Both the position numbers and the translations under genes were made by a program. 44,824 bases of DNA from a virus. Taxonomy: Duplodnaviria; Heunggongvirae; Uroviricota; Caudoviricetes. The stretch spans positions 1 through 44,824 of the IMG/VR virus record IMGVR_UViG_2778261573_000004, one strand, 5' to 3'. The notes beneath the pieces were generated by a model, which had not been told where the DNA came from, ran no database searches, and worked only from the letters and a program-made list of their open reading frames with translations. Shown piece by piece: positions 43,154-44,824 of the stretch (within the stretch, counting starts at the first letter, position 1; every line of letters begins with the position of its first letter).

Positions 43154-43395
43154 TGATGAAGCTGATTAATCGCAGTAAGCAATCACCTATTGGTCGCCGC
43201 GCTTGCGATGTTGCGCTGGCGGCTCACTTGCAAACATATGGCGACTATGGGCGAAGCAAGATGAAAGAGACTTATACGGTGAAGGTTGAAGGCGTGAAAG
43301 TCTGGGTGGAGGTGGTGAACCGAAAGGCGAGCTACGTGGCCACAGCGATGACCGGCATGCGCCGTCTCCGCTCCCTGCCCGGGCAGGTTGGTTGA
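43150..43395 (+). CDS. Hypothetical protein
   Basis: 81 aa; overlaps the Dam stop. Confidence 0.4.
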   Translation: MMMKLINRSKQSPIGRRACDVALAAHLQTYGDYGRSKMKETYTVKVEGVKVWVEVVNRKASYVATAMTGMRRLRSLPGQVG

Positions 43396-43436
43396 AAAAG
43401 ATTTTGAATGGCCCGAACGGGCAACTGGAGAGAGCT

Positions 43437-43634
43437 ATGGATGATATTTTGGTAACGTCAGACCTGACCAGTCGCTACAAAATTTCACGCAAAACCCTTT
43501 GGTCATGGCAAAGTGCAGACACAATGCCTCGGGGCTTCGTATGCCCGTTCCCACCCCCTGACTGGCCCGGCAACCCTAACCGCTGGCGCTCTGAGTCAAT
43601 CAAAGAGTGGGAGGATAAAAAGAAGATAAATTAA
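43437..43634 (+). CDS. xis: Excisionase / AlpA-family DNA-binding protein
   Basis: Start at [10 protein letters not shown] with RBS GGAGAG; [15 protein letters not shown]...[13 protein letters not shown] resembles AlpA/Xis HTH proteins; convergent with and overlapping the integrase stop. Confidence 0.6.
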
Positions 43635-44824
43635 CTGAAGGGCTCTCCGATGATCTCTTCAAGATGGCTCTGCCAAACGCGGAGCCAGTGTTTCTGATCA
43701 TCGATATAGTCATGAAGGTTGTAATGCGCCATAACCCCCACCATCTGATGCCCGAGCAGCTTTTCAATTACGTGCGGCGGGCAACCTAACTCAGAGAGAT
43801 TTGTGGCTATCGTCCGCCTCATATCATGAAGCGACCACTCTGCCATACCTGTTCCATTCCAAATAGAACGGGCGTAATTGGATGCCACAGGTGAATGAAC
43901 GGGCGAATCTTTGATCCCGCCATCAATTTTACGTTGTGAAGTCACCAGGTGATTGGTGTTTATTTTCTTGAGGTGATTTCTGACCAGGTTAACGGCGGCG
44001 TCTGAGAGTCCCCTTCTAATATGTACCCGAGTTTTATAACTGCCCGCAGGCACGACCCACTCATTATCATCCAATCGAAACCATGATCTCTCACTAAGTC
44101 GAATCTCAGCCGTACGGCATCCGGTAAGCATAATAAATTTCACCAGGAAAACGGACTCTATCGACATATGGCTTTTCAACCACTGATAGATTTTGCGCAG
44201 ATCGTCATCGTCCATCCTGCGAGTTCTCTTTTTAGGCTTTTGCCCGACATCAGATGGCAGTAATCCCTCGAGTGGGTTTGAGGCGATCACACTTCTGTTA
44301 ACGCAGAACCTAAACGCCCGTTTGCACAGCGAAAGCATGTAATGAGCCATCACCCTGCTTTCTATAGAATCGAAGACGTTGATCCAGTGCATTTTCGCTG
44401 TGTTATCGACTTTGACATTCTTCATCGGTTCGGCGATATGTTTCTCAAACACCTGGCGATAGTAATCGACTTTAACTAGCCCGTTAGCGATACAGTGCCT
44501 TTCAATCCAGTAATTGAACGCTTCGGCAACGGACATCGCTTCCTGTCGGGTCTGCTTATCCAGCTTCACCTGCTCTCGCGGATCCAGTCCCTCAGTTAAC
44601 CAGTTTCTGAATTGTTGGCGACGCTCTCTTGCCTGGGTGATACTCATTGCAGGATAATCACCAACATTGAGTTTTACCGCTTTACCGGCCCAGCGATACC
44701 GATAGAAAAATGATATTTTTCCGGCCTGGCTGATTCTGGCGTTGAGCCCGTGCGAATCAGAAATAATCTCGATATCATCTCTTTTCTTGCCGAGCGCCTT
44801 CCTGAGCTTTGTGTCGGTGATCAT
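43631..44824 (-). CDS. int: Tyrosine integrase (phage integrase family)
   Basis: 397 aa; C-terminal catalytic region with [16 protein letters not shown] and YNLHDY (R-H-R-Y tetrad). The ATG coincides with the last base of the window, so the true N-terminus may lie outside it. Confidence 0.9.

Noticed and set aside
1-44824. Insertion sequences or transposase genes
   Set aside because: No transposase-like ORF and no terminal inverted repeats flanking a candidate element were seen; the only recombinases are the phage integrase and the Pin-type invertase.

Overview
The window is essentially one integrated temperate phage genome (about 45 kb), with most genes on the minus strand. From right to left: tyrosine integrase at the window edge (43631-44824), an AlpA-type excisionase, a plus-strand early-left operon (Dam methylase, YqaJ exonuclease), a lambda-type immunity region (LexA-like CI repressor flanked on both sides by TTTAGC-N5-GCTAAA operator palindromes, Cro-like regulator), lambda O and P replication genes with ori iterons inside O, a nin-like region (NinB, NinE, Ser/Thr phosphatase, DUF1364, RusA), a Q-like late regulator, two complete lysis cassettes separated by an AT-rich cargo insertion, a cos-like repeat cluster, lambda-like head genes (Nu1/A terminase, W, portal, S49 prohead protease, scaffold, D, E) and a Mu-like contractile tail (sheath, tube, frameshifted chaperone, tape measure, gp43-gp48-like baseplate). 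It ends in an invertible tail-fibre segment controlled by a Pin/Gin-type serine invertase (1-549). The architecture resembles SfV/e14-type mosaic phages. All calls rest on reading the translated ORFs and the DNA by eye; no database search was run. The best candidate for an undescribed system is the AT-rich two-gene cassette at 25131-26237 (small ORF plus a ClpP-fold serine peptidase), insulated by tandem terminators between the two lysis cassettes. Other cargo-like loci are a plus-strand membrane-protein insertion in the nin region, a terminator-bounded small membrane ORF inside the tail operon, and a convergent secreted protein next to the cos region.
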